DNA of 64,000 bases from an uncultured Candidatus Saccharibacteria bacterium (GTDB lineage: Bacteria; Patescibacteriota; Saccharimonadia; Saccharimonadales; Saccharimonadaceae): the NCBI GenBank assembly GCA_964388235.1, contig CAYLXN010000001.1, positions 15,655 to 79,654 on the forward strand, written 5' to 3'. Position 1 is the first letter of the stretch. The number at the start of each line of letters is the position of its first letter. The notes beneath the pieces were generated by a model. That model had not been told where the DNA came from. It worked only from the letters and a program-made list of their open reading frames with translations, and made no database searches. Below, piece by piece: positions 1-11,500 of this stretch. The position numbers were made by a program, and so were the translations under genes.

Positions 1-734
1 ATCTCCTCTTCGTCGGAACCGCCTAAGCCAGCTTTAGTTAATTGATTAAAATTAGCATTAGTTTGCCAGACGCCGTCCGAAAAAGACAAGTAGCGACTAG
101 CGACTGCTCGATTTAAGGCCAGCATTAGATCTGGATCGCTTTGAGAAGCGGTCAATAATTTATCGCCAGACAAGTCGTCGTATTTTTTGTATTTAAATTT
201 AGTTAATCGATGATTATCGTCAGTTTCAACTTCAAAACCCTGATCTTTAAAGCTTTGTTTTAGTTTGTCGCTGACCGAGTAATAATCTTCGACGACTTGG
301 TATTTTGATGGTGGCGACTGAGCGTGATTGATTTTGTTTTGGACGGCAATTTTTGAGCGGTTATTAATACTTGGTTCTTGGTAATTGAGGTTGTCGACCA
401 GGGTCTGAGACCAGTGAACTATCAATAGCGGAAATGGCGCGAAGGCGGCGACTAGAAATAAAATTAAACCAACTATAGCAATAAAAGCCATCGCTGGTGA
501 TGATTTTTTAGCAATACTTATTCCCCTGCTGGAGCGGATATTTTGAGTAAAAGTAGTTTTTCTAGAAGTGGGATTGGGTGTTAATTCTTGTTTTCGGTAA
601 TTAACAGCCGAGGGAGCTGATTTTTTCTTGTTGTCAGTGCGTAGATTGGGGTTAAACTCTAAATTAGCCAATCTATTTTTGGTAGATTTTAATTTTGGCG
701 CTTGATTCTTATCCTGATCATCATCCCTGTTCAT
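1..734 (-). CDS. Partial CDS (runs off left edge): hypothetical N-terminally membrane-anchored protein, downstream of the VirB6-like genes on the same strand
   Basis: Hand translation from ATG at 734-732 (minus) gives MNRDDDQDKNQAPKLK... It has one hydrophobic helix (AMAFIAIVGLILFLVAAFAPFPLLIV) followed by a soluble region. The frame stays open to position 1. It is absent from the ORF track because it is truncated. Confidence 0.5.
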   Translation of the reverse strand, partial: MNRDDDQDKNQAPKLKSTKNRLANLEFNPNLRTDNKKKSAPSAVNYRKQELTPNPTSRKTTFTQNIRSSRGISIAKKSSPAMAFIAIVGLILFLVAAFAPFPLLIVHWSQTLVDNLNYQEPSINNRSKIAVQNKINHAQSPPSKYQVVEDYYSVSDKLKQSFKDQGFEVETDDNHRLTKFKYKKYDDLSGDKLLTASQSDPDLMLALNRAVASRYLSFSDGVWQTNANFNQLTKAGLGGSDEEE

Positions 735-792
735 TAGTCATATTTTAATATAAAATACAACTTATAGCAACTATATTATTTAAAATTGAAGT

Positions 793-3700
793 TTAGCTAA
801 AATCATCAATTCGATCAAGGACGTATTTTTTGCCATCAGGCATAGTGGTCGTTGAGCGAACTCTGGCTTCGACTTGATTACGGAAAGTTGGATTGGTTCT
901 CAGTAAGTCTTCAAATTGCTGCTGTTCAATTCGCATATTTTTCTGCTTGTAAAGTAGATCAGCTCTTTTTTCAGCTGACAGGCTGGAGCCAGCCAAGTCA
1001 CGACTGATTTTTCTCAGTTCTCCATTGTAATCTTTTTGCTTAGCGTATGAAGGCTTAACTTGATAAGTTGGCAAACCAGAGAAGTATTCTCTGACAGCTT
1101 GCTCTTTTTGAGAATCTTGAGAGGTATCAGTAGGATCGCTAGTCCAAGTAAAGCCACCTGGATCTTTGCCTGCCTCAAGGTAATTGCCTTTGTTGCCTTG
1201 GTGATTTAATTTATACATGATCATCGCCGCTTCAGTGTGGCTACCCTCGGCTGATAATTTTCTAGCTACTTCCAAGGCGAAATTATTGATAAACTCTTGA
1301 CTGTAACCATTCTTTTCAGCGATTTGCAGACTGATAGTTAACTGCTGCTCGGTCAGAGCTCCTCCGTCAGCGGCAGTCAAGGCATTTTCCAAGATGGTTC
1401 TAACTTCAGTTGGATTAACGTGATTAATAATTGATTCACTAGATTTATTGCTAGTTGGAGTAATATTCGAAATCACAAAATTTTTGGCGTAATCTTTGTC
1501 GATTCTTTCGCTTTGTTCGGAAATTTCAGACATATCTTTTTTGACAGATTCAGTGTCAGGTAAATTAGCTAGGCTAGGTATTCTTGAAACAACTTCTTTT
1601 TCGGTTCGACCAGTAACTCCACTAATGCCAGTTTTAATTTTACCTCTGACATTTTCGACATTTTTCCTTCGTTGCTGGTAATCAGCTTGCTGTATCGATT
1701 GGCCGAGATCGGATCTTTTGAAACTGCTAGCGGCTTTGTCGCCAAGTTTGCCAAGGTTTCTAATTGAGCCACTGACCAGCGGCATTTTGCTAATTAGCTG
1801 GATGATTAATTTAGGAGCGATTAATAAAGGAATGAAAGCAAAAGAGATTGAAATTAATTTTCTGAAGCCGCTGGCTTTAGTTGACCAAGTTATTTTGTAA
1901 GCTAAATCACCGAAACCGAATAAGAAGGCGATAATTGGGTAGATTGCTAACATGGTGATGAATAACTTCAGCCATCGGCTAGATAAGTTTTTAGTGTTCG
2001 GTAATGCCATCAGGGCGATCGCTAGTGGTGATAGGAAGATGAGAATTACAATCGCGATGTGTCGGGCGGCAATGGCGGCTAAAGCAGCAACTGCGGTTAC
2101 TAGAGCTCCAATTAGTAATGGTAAGACTAGACTTAGGGCACCGAAAAAGCTAGCCGCCACGGTGACAGCCACTGCCCCGCCAGCTAATATAAAGAATTTT
2201 CCCTTGAGTGCTAGGTCAACAATATCGGCCAGTGGAGACTTTGAAGCAAAAGCTTCGTCGGCTAAATTGCTGAACATTATACTGATGTTGTCGCCAATAA
2301 TATTAGCAATATTAACCGCTAATGAGCATAAGAAAAATGAGATGTTGATCAAAATAGCGGTGATGATGAATTGCGGAATTATTTGCGATAGTCGCTGTTG
2401 TGAACCTATTGACGCCATTTGCATGACAATCAGGATTAAGCCGATGATTATCAATAGGCTGTTGGCGTAAGTGCGACTGATCATCCAGGCTTGGTTTAGA
2501 GAACTATCTGGCTCGAGCGCATCTTCGGGAAAAGCTAAAGCTAGTCGCAAAAGAGAGAAGGTTTTGTCGGCCGTTTTGCCAGCGAAACGAGTTAGAGGAC
2601 AGGTAACCATGGCATGGAAACCAGTTTGAGCACAAGCCGATTCGGCATCTTCAAGCTCCTCTTCTAATTTTTTGCGCATCTCTTCGTAATCCATGTCGTT
2701 TGAATATCGACTATCGGGTAGGTCTTTATAATAGCCTGCCGCATCTTTTTCGTTTTCAGTCATACACAACCAATCGGGATTGTTGTTTTTGTAATGGTCG
2801 TAGAGTTTTTGGACAGCGTCAATATCAGTCATTTGTTGGACTAAACGAGTTAATGACGAGCAATCCATCGGTTGGAGCCAAGCACCAGTTACTTGAATAG
2901 CTTCAATTTCACATTTACTATCAAACATGTCTAGGCAATTTTGCTTGAGTTCTTCAGTTAAAGATTCATTTCCTCCCTCATGTAGTACTTTCTTACAAAC
3001 TTCATCACGCCCAGATTCTTTAAGGCAGTCGTTCTTTATATCATCAGTAGTTATAGTTTGTTTTTGTTGCTGATCTTGGTTGAAAAAATTCAATCGTGGG
3101 TAGCCCTTTGATTCTTTCAGGCCGTTAGTGTTGCAGTCCCTAAAGCCACTATCTATTGCGGTGATGAATGAATCGTCTACTGCTTGATTAGGGAAACTAA
3201 AATCGGCACTGTCGTAGCGATTGAAGTAAAGGAAAGGTAAATCTTCATGAAAAACTGAGTCTTCTGGGGTTGGATTTGTGTGAGAATTGAAGCGTTCTTT
3301 AAAATATTTTAGGGTTGATGTTATTGGTGTTATGTTACTTACAACCGCCCACCGACTTTTTAGGTTTGTTTGATATTTAGCTAACTGTTTTTCATAGTCT
3401 TTTACTAATTTATCGTGTTCTTTTTTTACATCCTCAGTTATATTGGTTGGGATTGATTTTGGGTCGAAATCGGTGAATTTTAACAGATCTACGGCGCCTT
3501 TATCGATAGAAGCGTTTAAGCCCATCATGTAATTTAGTCGTTGCCATTCTTCATAAGTTACGTCTTGACATGGTTGATTGTCTTTGTTGAAGTTTGGATC
3601 TTTACCGTCGGTGCAATTTTCCATTTTATCTAAAATTCGATTGGCAGTGACGACTATTTCTCGGACAATATCTTCACAAGGGTCGGATTCAGTGGGGGTA

Positions 3701-3885
3701 GCTTGGGAAGGGTTTTGACTAGTGTTGCTACTTGTAGTGGTTGATGGTTGACTGCCAGAAGCGTAAGAATTTAGTGAAATGCCATAAAAATAGACAATCG
3801 TTAAGGCTAGTAAGATAGTGCCAATTGCTAAAAAATTAAGTGACTTGTTTTTAATAATTAGAGTAGATGGTTGTTTCTTAGGCAT
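793..3885 (-). CDS. VirB6/TrbL-like polytopic membrane protein, paralog 1 of 5 (1030 aa)
   Basis: It has an N-terminal anchor helix, an S/T-rich linker and a Cys-containing ectodomain. A multi-helix hydrophobic core follows (CAQTGFHAMVTCP..., IIPQFIITAILINISFF, NIIGDN, LALPNTKNL, AIYPIIA) that shares motifs with the four upstream paralogs. It ends in a roughly 330-aa non-hydrophobic tail. The family call is by topology and motif, not by search. Confidence 0.55.
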   Translation of the reverse strand: MPKKQPSTLIIKNKSLNFLAIGTILLALTIVYFYGISLNSYASGSQPSTTTSSNTSQNPSQATPTESDPCEDIVREIVVTANRILDKMENCTDGKDPNFNKDNQPCQDVTYEEWQRLNYMMGLNASIDKGAVDLLKFTDFDPKSIPTNITEDVKKEHDKLVKDYEKQLAKYQTNLKSRWAVVSNITPITSTLKYFKERFNSHTNPTPEDSVFHEDLPFLYFNRYDSADFSFPNQAVDDSFITAIDSGFRDCNTNGLKESKGYPRLNFFNQDQQQKQTITTDDIKNDCLKESGRDEVCKKVLHEGGNESLTEELKQNCLDMFDSKCEIEAIQVTGAWLQPMDCSSLTRLVQQMTDIDAVQKLYDHYKNNNPDWLCMTENEKDAAGYYKDLPDSRYSNDMDYEEMRKKLEEELEDAESACAQTGFHAMVTCPLTRFAGKTADKTFSLLRLALAFPEDALEPDSSLNQAWMISRTYANSLLIIIGLILIVMQMASIGSQQRLSQIIPQFIITAILINISFFLCSLAVNIANIIGDNISIMFSNLADEAFASKSPLADIVDLALKGKFFILAGGAVAVTVAASFFGALSLVLPLLIGALVTAVAALAAIAARHIAIVILIFLSPLAIALMALPNTKNLSSRWLKLFITMLAIYPIIAFLFGFGDLAYKITWSTKASGFRKLISISFAFIPLLIAPKLIIQLISKMPLVSGSIRNLGKLGDKAASSFKRSDLGQSIQQADYQQRRKNVENVRGKIKTGISGVTGRTEKEVVSRIPSLANLPDTESVKKDMSEISEQSERIDKDYAKNFVISNITPTSNKSSESIINHVNPTEVRTILENALTAADGGALTEQQLTISLQIAEKNGYSQEFINNFALEVARKLSAEGSHTEAAMIMYKLNHQGNKGNYLEAGKDPGGFTWTSDPTDTSQDSQKEQAVREYFSGLPTYQVKPSYAKQKDYNGELRKISRDLAGSSLSAEKRADLLYKQKNMRIEQQQFEDLLRTNPTFRNQVEARVRSTTTMPDGKKYVLDRIDDFS

Positions 3886-3891
3886 AGTGAA

Positions 3892-5910
3892 CTAGAGCGG
3901 ATGACCAGAATTAGTTAGGGCGCTATTGTAATTGTTGGCTGAAGCAATATTCATACCAGCGTTGTTTCGAGAATCACGGATTAATTGTGCTAGCTGGTTG
4001 TTGCCTCGTAAGTTTTGCTCAAGAGCTTGTCGATCAAGTCCGTTTGCAAAGGCAAAACCAGAAGTGCCAGCTATTTCAGTTGAGCTCTTTTGGCTGATAA
4101 TCCTACCGACATTATTAGCATATTGAGCGTCAGTGATGGAATTAAAGCTAGCGCCAGTTTCACGGCGAATATTAGCCATGGCTTCGAGGTCGTAGCGTCC
4201 ATTTTGTCGGGCCGATTCAATTACATTTTCATTTATTCTATCTATTTGATCAGCCGACATGCCATCTTTTTCTAATTTAGCCATTAATTCTCGATATTTT
4301 TCGCCGCCAAAATACTGGTTATCCTTGCGAGCGAAATTAACAGCGGCTGAGCCAACGCCAGCCCTGTCGGTTATTCTGCCGTCTTTGTCGATCATGCCGT
4401 TAGTTCTTAGCATAGCTAGATCCATTTCATTCATATTATTAGTGTCAATATTACGGTTATTGGTGTAGGCGTCTAGTAATTCTTGAGAGCCATTCATACT
4501 TAAGGCGCTGCTAACTTGGTCGGCGCGACTATTAAGCGTGTCTCGAGCTTCCTGAGCTTTGAGAATTGATCCAGAGAATCGTCTGGTTCTTTTGCCCAGT
4601 TTATTCATGACTTTGCCAGCTGGGTTTTTAGTTTCTAATTGGCCTAAAGTAGCTTTTGCGTTACGAACTTCGGCTTTCCTCTTTGAGATTCGGGCTGGAG
4701 CTGATCTGTCAGCTAAACTCTTAGCGCCACTAATGGCTTTATCACCCATGCTTCGCAGTTTTCCACCAATCATTGGCATGGCGGCCATTGAATTTTTAAT
4801 CAAAGTAGGCGCATAAATAATCGGTAAAACTTGAACTGCTTTAGCCATCAATAATAGTAATACACTACCTCCAGCAACAGCAGTAATTGTACTGCTAGCA
4901 AAACTTGATCCGCCAAATAAAGCCGCCACTACGGGGTAAGTCATCAGTGATGTTGACAAGAATTTTGACCAAAGCCGATAAAATGATTCGGTGTTGGGTA
5001 AGACGTTACTAACGAAAGCAATTGGCGAAATAGCGATCACGATAATTACAATGATGTCGCGAAGTGCTAGTAAAGCAATTACGACAATGATCGTCATGGC
5101 GATGCCGGCTAAAAGAACTAATCCGATAGCTAAAAGTGGCAATTTAAAAGAAGCGTAACTGGCGGCACTTACGGCGGTAGCCACACCAGCTGTTCCCACT
5201 GCAGCGCCCAATAAAATTTGACCGAAGATAGAGGTGATATCTTCGCCTTGATTTGGCGCTTGAAAAGCGGCGGCTGAGGCGGTTTTGAATAAACCATAGA
5301 GATTACTACCAATAATATTACTAATTTCAACTAAAGCAATAGTGATGTAATACGAGACATTAACCAAGAAAATAGCTACTAAAAATCTTGGTAATAAGCG
5401 CTTGGTATTATAGGCTGAGATGAAATTGCCAGTCATGTAGGAAATTAGTAAGATTAAGGCGAAAACGACAAATAGGCCATTAGCAATACCTCGAAACACT
5501 GACCAGATACTCTTCACGCCAGCGTCACTGACGAAGGCTTCGTCAATACTCATAAATGACATTGCATTTCCAGCTACGGTTTCTTCAAGTAGAGTAAATA
5601 AATAGTCGGTTGCTGAGGCCGCAGCTTCAGCGACAGGACATAAAATATTAGCGAGGATGTTATCAACTTTACAGTGTGAAAAGCCATTGTCGGTGGTCTG
5701 TGGTGGTTGTGTAGGAGTATTAGTTGTGTTATTGGTAGTGTTACTGGTTTGGGCTTGAACTGATGGGCTAAAAAATAAGCAATTTGAAAATATGACCGTC
5801 AGCAACAAACCGATGGAGAATAATTTAACTATTTTTTGCCCCGAAAACATCTTATAATGATTATGCTTGAAAAAAATAGATTTTGCAATTGTTTGTTTAA
5901 AATCCATCAA
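3892..5910 (-). CDS. VirB6/TrbL-like polytopic membrane protein, paralog 2 of 5 (672 aa, shortest ectodomain)
   Basis: It has a signal/anchor helix, a T/N-rich linker, and HCKVDNILANILCP just before the core. Core motifs are WSVFRGIANGLF, LLISYMTGN, LPRFLV, NVSYY, NIIGSN, LPNTESF and TYPVVA. The tail is about 280 aa. There is a 6-nt gap to paralog 1. Confidence 0.55.
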   Translation of the reverse strand: MMDFKQTIAKSIFFKHNHYKMFSGQKIVKLFSIGLLLTVIFSNCLFFSPSVQAQTSNTTNNTTNTPTQPPQTTDNGFSHCKVDNILANILCPVAEAAASATDYLFTLLEETVAGNAMSFMSIDEAFVSDAGVKSIWSVFRGIANGLFVVFALILLISYMTGNFISAYNTKRLLPRFLVAIFLVNVSYYITIALVEISNIIGSNLYGLFKTASAAAFQAPNQGEDITSIFGQILLGAAVGTAGVATAVSAASYASFKLPLLAIGLVLLAGIAMTIIVVIALLALRDIIVIIVIAISPIAFVSNVLPNTESFYRLWSKFLSTSLMTYPVVAALFGGSSFASSTITAVAGGSVLLLLMAKAVQVLPIIYAPTLIKNSMAAMPMIGGKLRSMGDKAISGAKSLADRSAPARISKRKAEVRNAKATLGQLETKNPAGKVMNKLGKRTRRFSGSILKAQEARDTLNSRADQVSSALSMNGSQELLDAYTNNRNIDTNNMNEMDLAMLRTNGMIDKDGRITDRAGVGSAAVNFARKDNQYFGGEKYRELMAKLEKDGMSADQIDRINENVIESARQNGRYDLEAMANIRRETGASFNSITDAQYANNVGRIISQKSSTEIAGTSGFAFANGLDRQALEQNLRGNNQLAQLIRDSRNNAGMNIASANNYNSALTNSGHPL

Positions 5911-8575
5911 TAATTCTCCTCGTGTTCATATCAAGACTGTTTTTATGAAAATCGATTGTCGATTTTAATTCGGGTGAACTGTTGTATAGCTCTCTTATAG
6001 CATCATGCCCGACGGGGTTTTCGATCGGGTCAATTGAACTGGTTTGCAGGCGAAGGTTGAAGGTATTTGGTTTGTTTTGGTCTTGAACGATTGGTTTAGT
6101 TAGGAATTCGCGTTGGAGGTTTTTCTTGTAAATTTGATCATAACGAGCCGCTTCGCTAGTGTTGGTGCGAATTGGTCGCCCCTTGCTAAAATCGCCATTG
6201 TTAAACTCTAAATTGGTTTTTATCGAGGCAATAGTATTGATATTGGTGGTGTTGTCAAGATTGTCGAGCATGTTACCGACGATAATATTCAGATCGGTAG
6301 CTGAGGCTCCTTGCTGGCTAGTCGTGGCGAGTACTAAATCAATTGTTTCGTCATCTTGAGTGGTTAATTGACGTGATTCTTTTTTGGCGGCGGCAACTAG
6401 ACCAGCTATTGTTGCTAGCTTCAGGCTAGTGTTGTCGGCGGTGTTGTGCTTGAACTGATTATAGACCGCTCGTTGATTGTCATTTAAGGTATTAATCGAT
6501 GAATCGCCAGCAGCAACTCTTGAGACTTGCTGCATGTCGTGGAAGCTGACACCTTCAGCCATTTTCTCGTAGTCTTTAGCTAGTTTTTGCTGAGCGTTGT
6601 ACGCTTGATTGGCCACACCTTTTGATACACGTCTCAAGGCGCTTTGAGCTCGACCAGTAACAGCAGCTGAAGGACTAGTTAACCAGTGGCTAAATTTATT
6701 ACCATACTCCCCTGTAACGGCTTTTTCGGCAGCTTTTTCGCGTTTTTGCTTGCGGGCGCGATGAAAGGCAGATTTTTCGTACTGTTTCTTGCCAAATCTA
6801 GACGCCATACTACTTGCCATGCCAATAAAACCACCAGCAACAGCCACTTTGCCGAGTGATTTAAAGATAACTATAGGCGTAATTAACATCGGAATAATTA
6901 ACGCTGACCACGGAATAAGAACTGAGAATACTTTCATCATATCAGCACCCGAAAGGATGTTGCCACTTAATATCGAATAGGCTAATAATCCACCACCAGA
7001 AAATAAAGCCACGGTCGGGTAAATCATTAGGCAAGCGATGAAAGCGTTAAACCACATACTGAAATATTTTTTAGTATTTGGTAAAGCATAAAGAGCAAAA
7101 GCTACTGGCGCTAAGGGTAATAAGACGATCAAAAGCGCATTACGGGCGGTTAGTAAAATCATCGTAATTGCAAAGGCAATAATCCATAATACTGCAACGA
7201 TAATTAATAATAGGATGAAAATTAACAATAAGAAAGCATCACCCCAACCGTAACTAGCTCGTAAATTACCACTGATATCAAAGTTGGCGCTGTTTGTCAC
7301 CCAGTCTGACCATTGAACTAATAAACTAAAAATCGACTCGCCGAAGATGTTTGACAAGTCAACAATTGCTTTAGCAAAGTAGGCTGAGGCATTGACTAAC
7401 AAGGCGGCAATTAGCCATTTGGGCAAAGTTTGCTTGATAGTGTAATTTGACAAACCAATACCACTTCCGATATAGTCGCCTGCTAAGTAGGAAATAAGCA
7501 TGATTATAGCTGCTACCACCAAGATTGAATTAGCGGTTACTTGGAAGATTCGCCAACTGTTAGTTAGTGCTGGTTGGTTAAAAACTGAGTCATCGTTTCT
7601 TAAAAACGGTTCGAGAATGTCGAAACTACTAGTTGATGCGTCAGCAAGTAACTCCCCTAGCCTGCAAAATAACCAGCTCATGCCACCAGCGGCGTAGCAA
7701 TATTTAACACCGTTATCAGCCTTGTCTTGGTCTAATTTGGCGCCAGCTTGACTGGCATCTAGTGCATCAAGGGCGTCTCTTAATTCTTTTTCTTTATTAA
7801 TGTAATTTTCGATCATAGTTTTGGTATCTAAATCAGGTGTAGGCCAGTTGGGTGTTAAGCCAGCGCTAATGGTGTTGCTATAGAGATGTTGTAAGATAGT
7901 CGGGCTAAGTCGACCAGCACCAAAGAGTGACTGACCGTCTTGATCAATGACCGCTAAACATTTTTCCCGGCTAAATTTAGGGTCTTTTCGATTACAAATC
8001 GCGATGATGTCGTTGGTGACTTGGTTTGAGTCAGGGGTGTTCGTTGATAAAGTCGCACCCTTGCCGTTGTCGGTACAAATTTTATTAGCTGGTTTGCCTG
8101 CAGGGTTAGATGAACCAGTGTCTCTTCCTTCAGCAATACTAGGGGTAGCAATCTCTAATGATGAATAATAAGTACAGTAAAAAACTTTTTTGTTTACTGT
8201 TTGATTATTGCCAGAGTTTTCTACAGTACCAGTTGTTTTAATTGGATTACCATCTTTGTCGTAGACATCATCCCACCTTATTGAGGCTCTACCTACACCA
8301 CCCGATCCAGATTCGGTTTTTTGATCTGGATTAAAGCTACCATTAACATTTAAGCTGACAAAAAAGTTAAGCATTCGTCGATCGTTGGCAGATAACGGAT
8401 CTTCTCCAGTCGCGGCGTTGCTGATTAATTTCATTTTTAAATACTCACTAGTGATCATGATTTCGTCATAATCAAGTATTTGGGCGTTAGCCGAAGCGCT
8501 ATTTAGTGAAAATAGTAAACTAAAAACGACAAACAGTAGAATTGGCATTTTTCTAGTTTTAAAATTAAAAATCAT
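5897..8575 (-). CDS. VirB6/TrbL-like polytopic membrane protein, paralog 3 of 5 (892 aa)
   Basis: It has a signal peptide and an ectodomain of about 290 aa. Core motifs are YCYAAGGMSWLFCR, WRIFQVTANS, MLISYLAG, LPKWLI, NASAY, NIFGES, ALPNTKKY and IYPTVA. A long tail follows. It overlaps paralog 2 by 14 nt. Confidence 0.55.
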   Translation of the reverse strand: MIFNFKTRKMPILLFVVFSLLFSLNSASANAQILDYDEIMITSEYLKMKLISNAATGEDPLSANDRRMLNFFVSLNVNGSFNPDQKTESGSGGVGRASIRWDDVYDKDGNPIKTTGTVENSGNNQTVNKKVFYCTYYSSLEIATPSIAEGRDTGSSNPAGKPANKICTDNGKGATLSTNTPDSNQVTNDIIAICNRKDPKFSREKCLAVIDQDGQSLFGAGRLSPTILQHLYSNTISAGLTPNWPTPDLDTKTMIENYINKEKELRDALDALDASQAGAKLDQDKADNGVKYCYAAGGMSWLFCRLGELLADASTSSFDILEPFLRNDDSVFNQPALTNSWRIFQVTANSILVVAAIIMLISYLAGDYIGSGIGLSNYTIKQTLPKWLIAALLVNASAYFAKAIVDLSNIFGESIFSLLVQWSDWVTNSANFDISGNLRASYGWGDAFLLLIFILLLIIVAVLWIIAFAITMILLTARNALLIVLLPLAPVAFALYALPNTKKYFSMWFNAFIACLMIYPTVALFSGGGLLAYSILSGNILSGADMMKVFSVLIPWSALIIPMLITPIVIFKSLGKVAVAGGFIGMASSMASRFGKKQYEKSAFHRARKQKREKAAEKAVTGEYGNKFSHWLTSPSAAVTGRAQSALRRVSKGVANQAYNAQQKLAKDYEKMAEGVSFHDMQQVSRVAAGDSSINTLNDNQRAVYNQFKHNTADNTSLKLATIAGLVAAAKKESRQLTTQDDETIDLVLATTSQQGASATDLNIIVGNMLDNLDNTTNINTIASIKTNLEFNNGDFSKGRPIRTNTSEAARYDQIYKKNLQREFLTKPIVQDQNKPNTFNLRLQTSSIDPIENPVGHDAIRELYNSSPELKSTIDFHKNSLDMNTRRIIDGF

Positions 8576-11500
8576 AGAACTATCCTGTCAGGTGTGATGC
8601 CGTTAGCAACAATAACTTCTCGAGTGTCATCTGGATTAAACTGGGTAATACCAAGACTAGTAAAGGCTTCATTGACTGAACCAAAAGCAGTGTTATTGCC
8701 CAAAGCTTTGGAGTAAGCATTCATGGAATCGAGAAGAGTTTGATTGATGGCGTTTTTCTCATTGTTTGTCAATAAATCGTGGCCATGAGCCGAGGCAAAA
8801 AATGGTTGCTCTTCGAGTGGCAGCAAAGTGCCGGTAACTGGGTCGACAGCTGGCGGTTGTTTAATTTCGTTTTTTATGGTCGTAAAGCTGGTACCGTTAT
8901 GGGTGTGCATGTGGTGCTGGCTTTTGTAGAGTAGTTTGGCGGCTTCCAAAATAGATTCATCTAAATTAGCGATAACGACAGGATCAAGGTGGTCATAGCT
9001 TTTCAGGACATCATAAAGATTAGTCTGTCTAATCCTTTGCGGATCTTCAGGTAAATCTCTGATCATACTTTTGACGATATCGGTTGTTGAGGTGGCGATA
9101 TCACTGCCAGACGAATATAATTCTGCGGCTAATTTTTCCTTGGCTGTTCTCAGGTCTTGCTGATTATTAGCCGCTGGTCCGCGTTGCAAATATTGATTTG
9201 AGTTGATACTCAATATGCCGAAACCTTTAGCTGCATCTTTGGCTTTGGCGTTTAATATGTTTTGATCAATTTTAATATCTTTAACCAGTAGCGGTTTGAA
9301 ATTATAACCATCATTGTCAGCTAGTGACCAATCATTATCCTGTATATTTTTCTTTTTGGCGGTGGCTTTTTTAATAACCTCCATGAAGCTATTTTCTTGA
9401 GTAATATCACCAATCGTGTTTTGATCGAAGAAAAGGATTTTTAGGTCAGGATGAGAATCGTCTGACGGGTCGATAACAAATTCTTTATCGCCGTTGGCCA
9501 ACCGTTCTTGGTTGATGTATTTGGAGATAAGAGCCATTTTTTTCTGATCAAGGTTTTGAAGAGACGCTAGGCCTTTGCGTATTTGAATCATGTTATTATT
9601 CTGAGTATTAGTTATGGCATTCACTCCTCCGTTACCAATTCCAACATTGATGGTAGTTGCGGTTAAGACATTAACTAATGAATTTACATCCATATCGTTA
9701 TAGCCAGTACTTAGTTTAGTTAAACGACTTTTTAGATCGGCCGTCGCTTGATTGATAATGCTATTTTTCTCACTATCAGTTAGTGACATGGTATTGGAGC
9801 CCGTTAGGACGTCATTTCTTATCTGTTGGATAGCTTCGTTTTCGATGGCAGAGAAATCGAGTTTGGTGTTTGAATTATTGTTGAAATTGTTAATTACCTC
9901 TCTAGAAATAACTTGATCAATATTTAAAGTCACGGTTTTATCTGGACCAACTGAGTAAGCTTGACTTGAGCCAATACTGGAGCGTATAGCTTGAACGTTT
10001 TTGGGTGGCGTGTAAGCTTCATAACCAATAATCGATTCAATGATAGCTACTTGCTGAACTTGACCATTTTTTAGCGCGGTAATACGAGCTTTTTTGAGTT
10101 CATTTTCAATTACACTCAAATCTGCGCCCTGCTCGTAAGCTTTTTTGTAGACATCAATGTAAAATTGTGGGTTGCTGACGCCATTTATAATAGCGGCATT
10201 AGCTGCCGAGAATTGGAAAATTTGAGAATTTTTGCCGTATCGAGCGGTAATAGCGTCGTAAACTGCTCGGTCTTCGGTGTTTAAGCCTTCGCTTGATCCC
10301 ATATGAATAGCTCGGATCAAAGCTGGACTGTGTTTGATCGAATCGGTGATATCATTAGCCATTTTGCTTTGAGTATAATTAACTTTGTTGGTGCTTTTGG
10401 CAACAATACCGCCAGTCAAGCGATTAAAATAGCTATTTCGGCCGAGTTTAGACATTATTCGACCAGATTTTTTTGATAAATTAGCTTTCAAGCCATCGCC
10501 AGGTACGGCTCCGTAGAGAAACTGCTTGTTTTTTAGAGATTGTTGATCTCTGATAGCTTGAGAAGCTGGTAGGTTTTTGCCAAAATTCCAACCAGCACCA
10601 GTTAATTTCTCAAAAGATTGGCTGAGTTTTGCGCCAGCTATTGGCACACCTCTCATTAATTCAATGATGATTTTCGGCACCAGTAGTATTGACAAGGCAG
10701 GTAAAGCAAAGGCTGCTAATTGAAATAAAATATTACCCGAGGCGTTAGTTAAGATTTTAGAAGTTAATTTACTGAGACTTAAAATCAAGACAGTTATTGG
10801 ATAAACACTGACGCAAGCTATAAACATTTTTAGCCATTTATTAAAGACATTGTCAAGATTTGGGATTGACATTGTGGCGATAGCGAGAGGTGCTAAAATT
10901 ACCAAGAGGATGATGGCGGCATAGCGAAATGATAATAGGAAAACGGCAAAAGTTAAGCCGATAAACACAGCTGGTAAGATTACCAATAGAAAGAATAATC
11001 CACCTAGTAAGATTACACTGCCAGCAACTGCGGCGACAGTTAAGATACTACCGGTTACGATGGCAGCTATTTTTAACTGAGGACCAGGGATGGCTTTAGT
11101 CACGCCATCAATTAACCCACCGATGTTATCACCCAAAATATCAGCCACAGTTATGATCAATCGGCTGAGATATAGAGAAATGGTTACCAATAGGACGCTA
11201 ATTAACAGCTTGGGCAGCATGATTTTGATCTGGTAATTTGATAGGCCGTTGTTGGTAATATATGAAATCAACAACACCAAGAAGCCAATGACGATAATCG
11301 AAAAGGCAATGTTGCGCACTACTCCCCAGATTGATTCGACTCTCTGATCAATAATATTTGGATTGACAGAAATTAGGCTGTCGAGTAAGCTAGATGATTT
11401 ATCGGCCGCCGAAACAGAGGTGGTGGCTAGCGGGCAGACGATCCATTTGGCAGTAATAAGATCAGTATCAAGAGCTGCACAAATATCACCGCCATTGTTG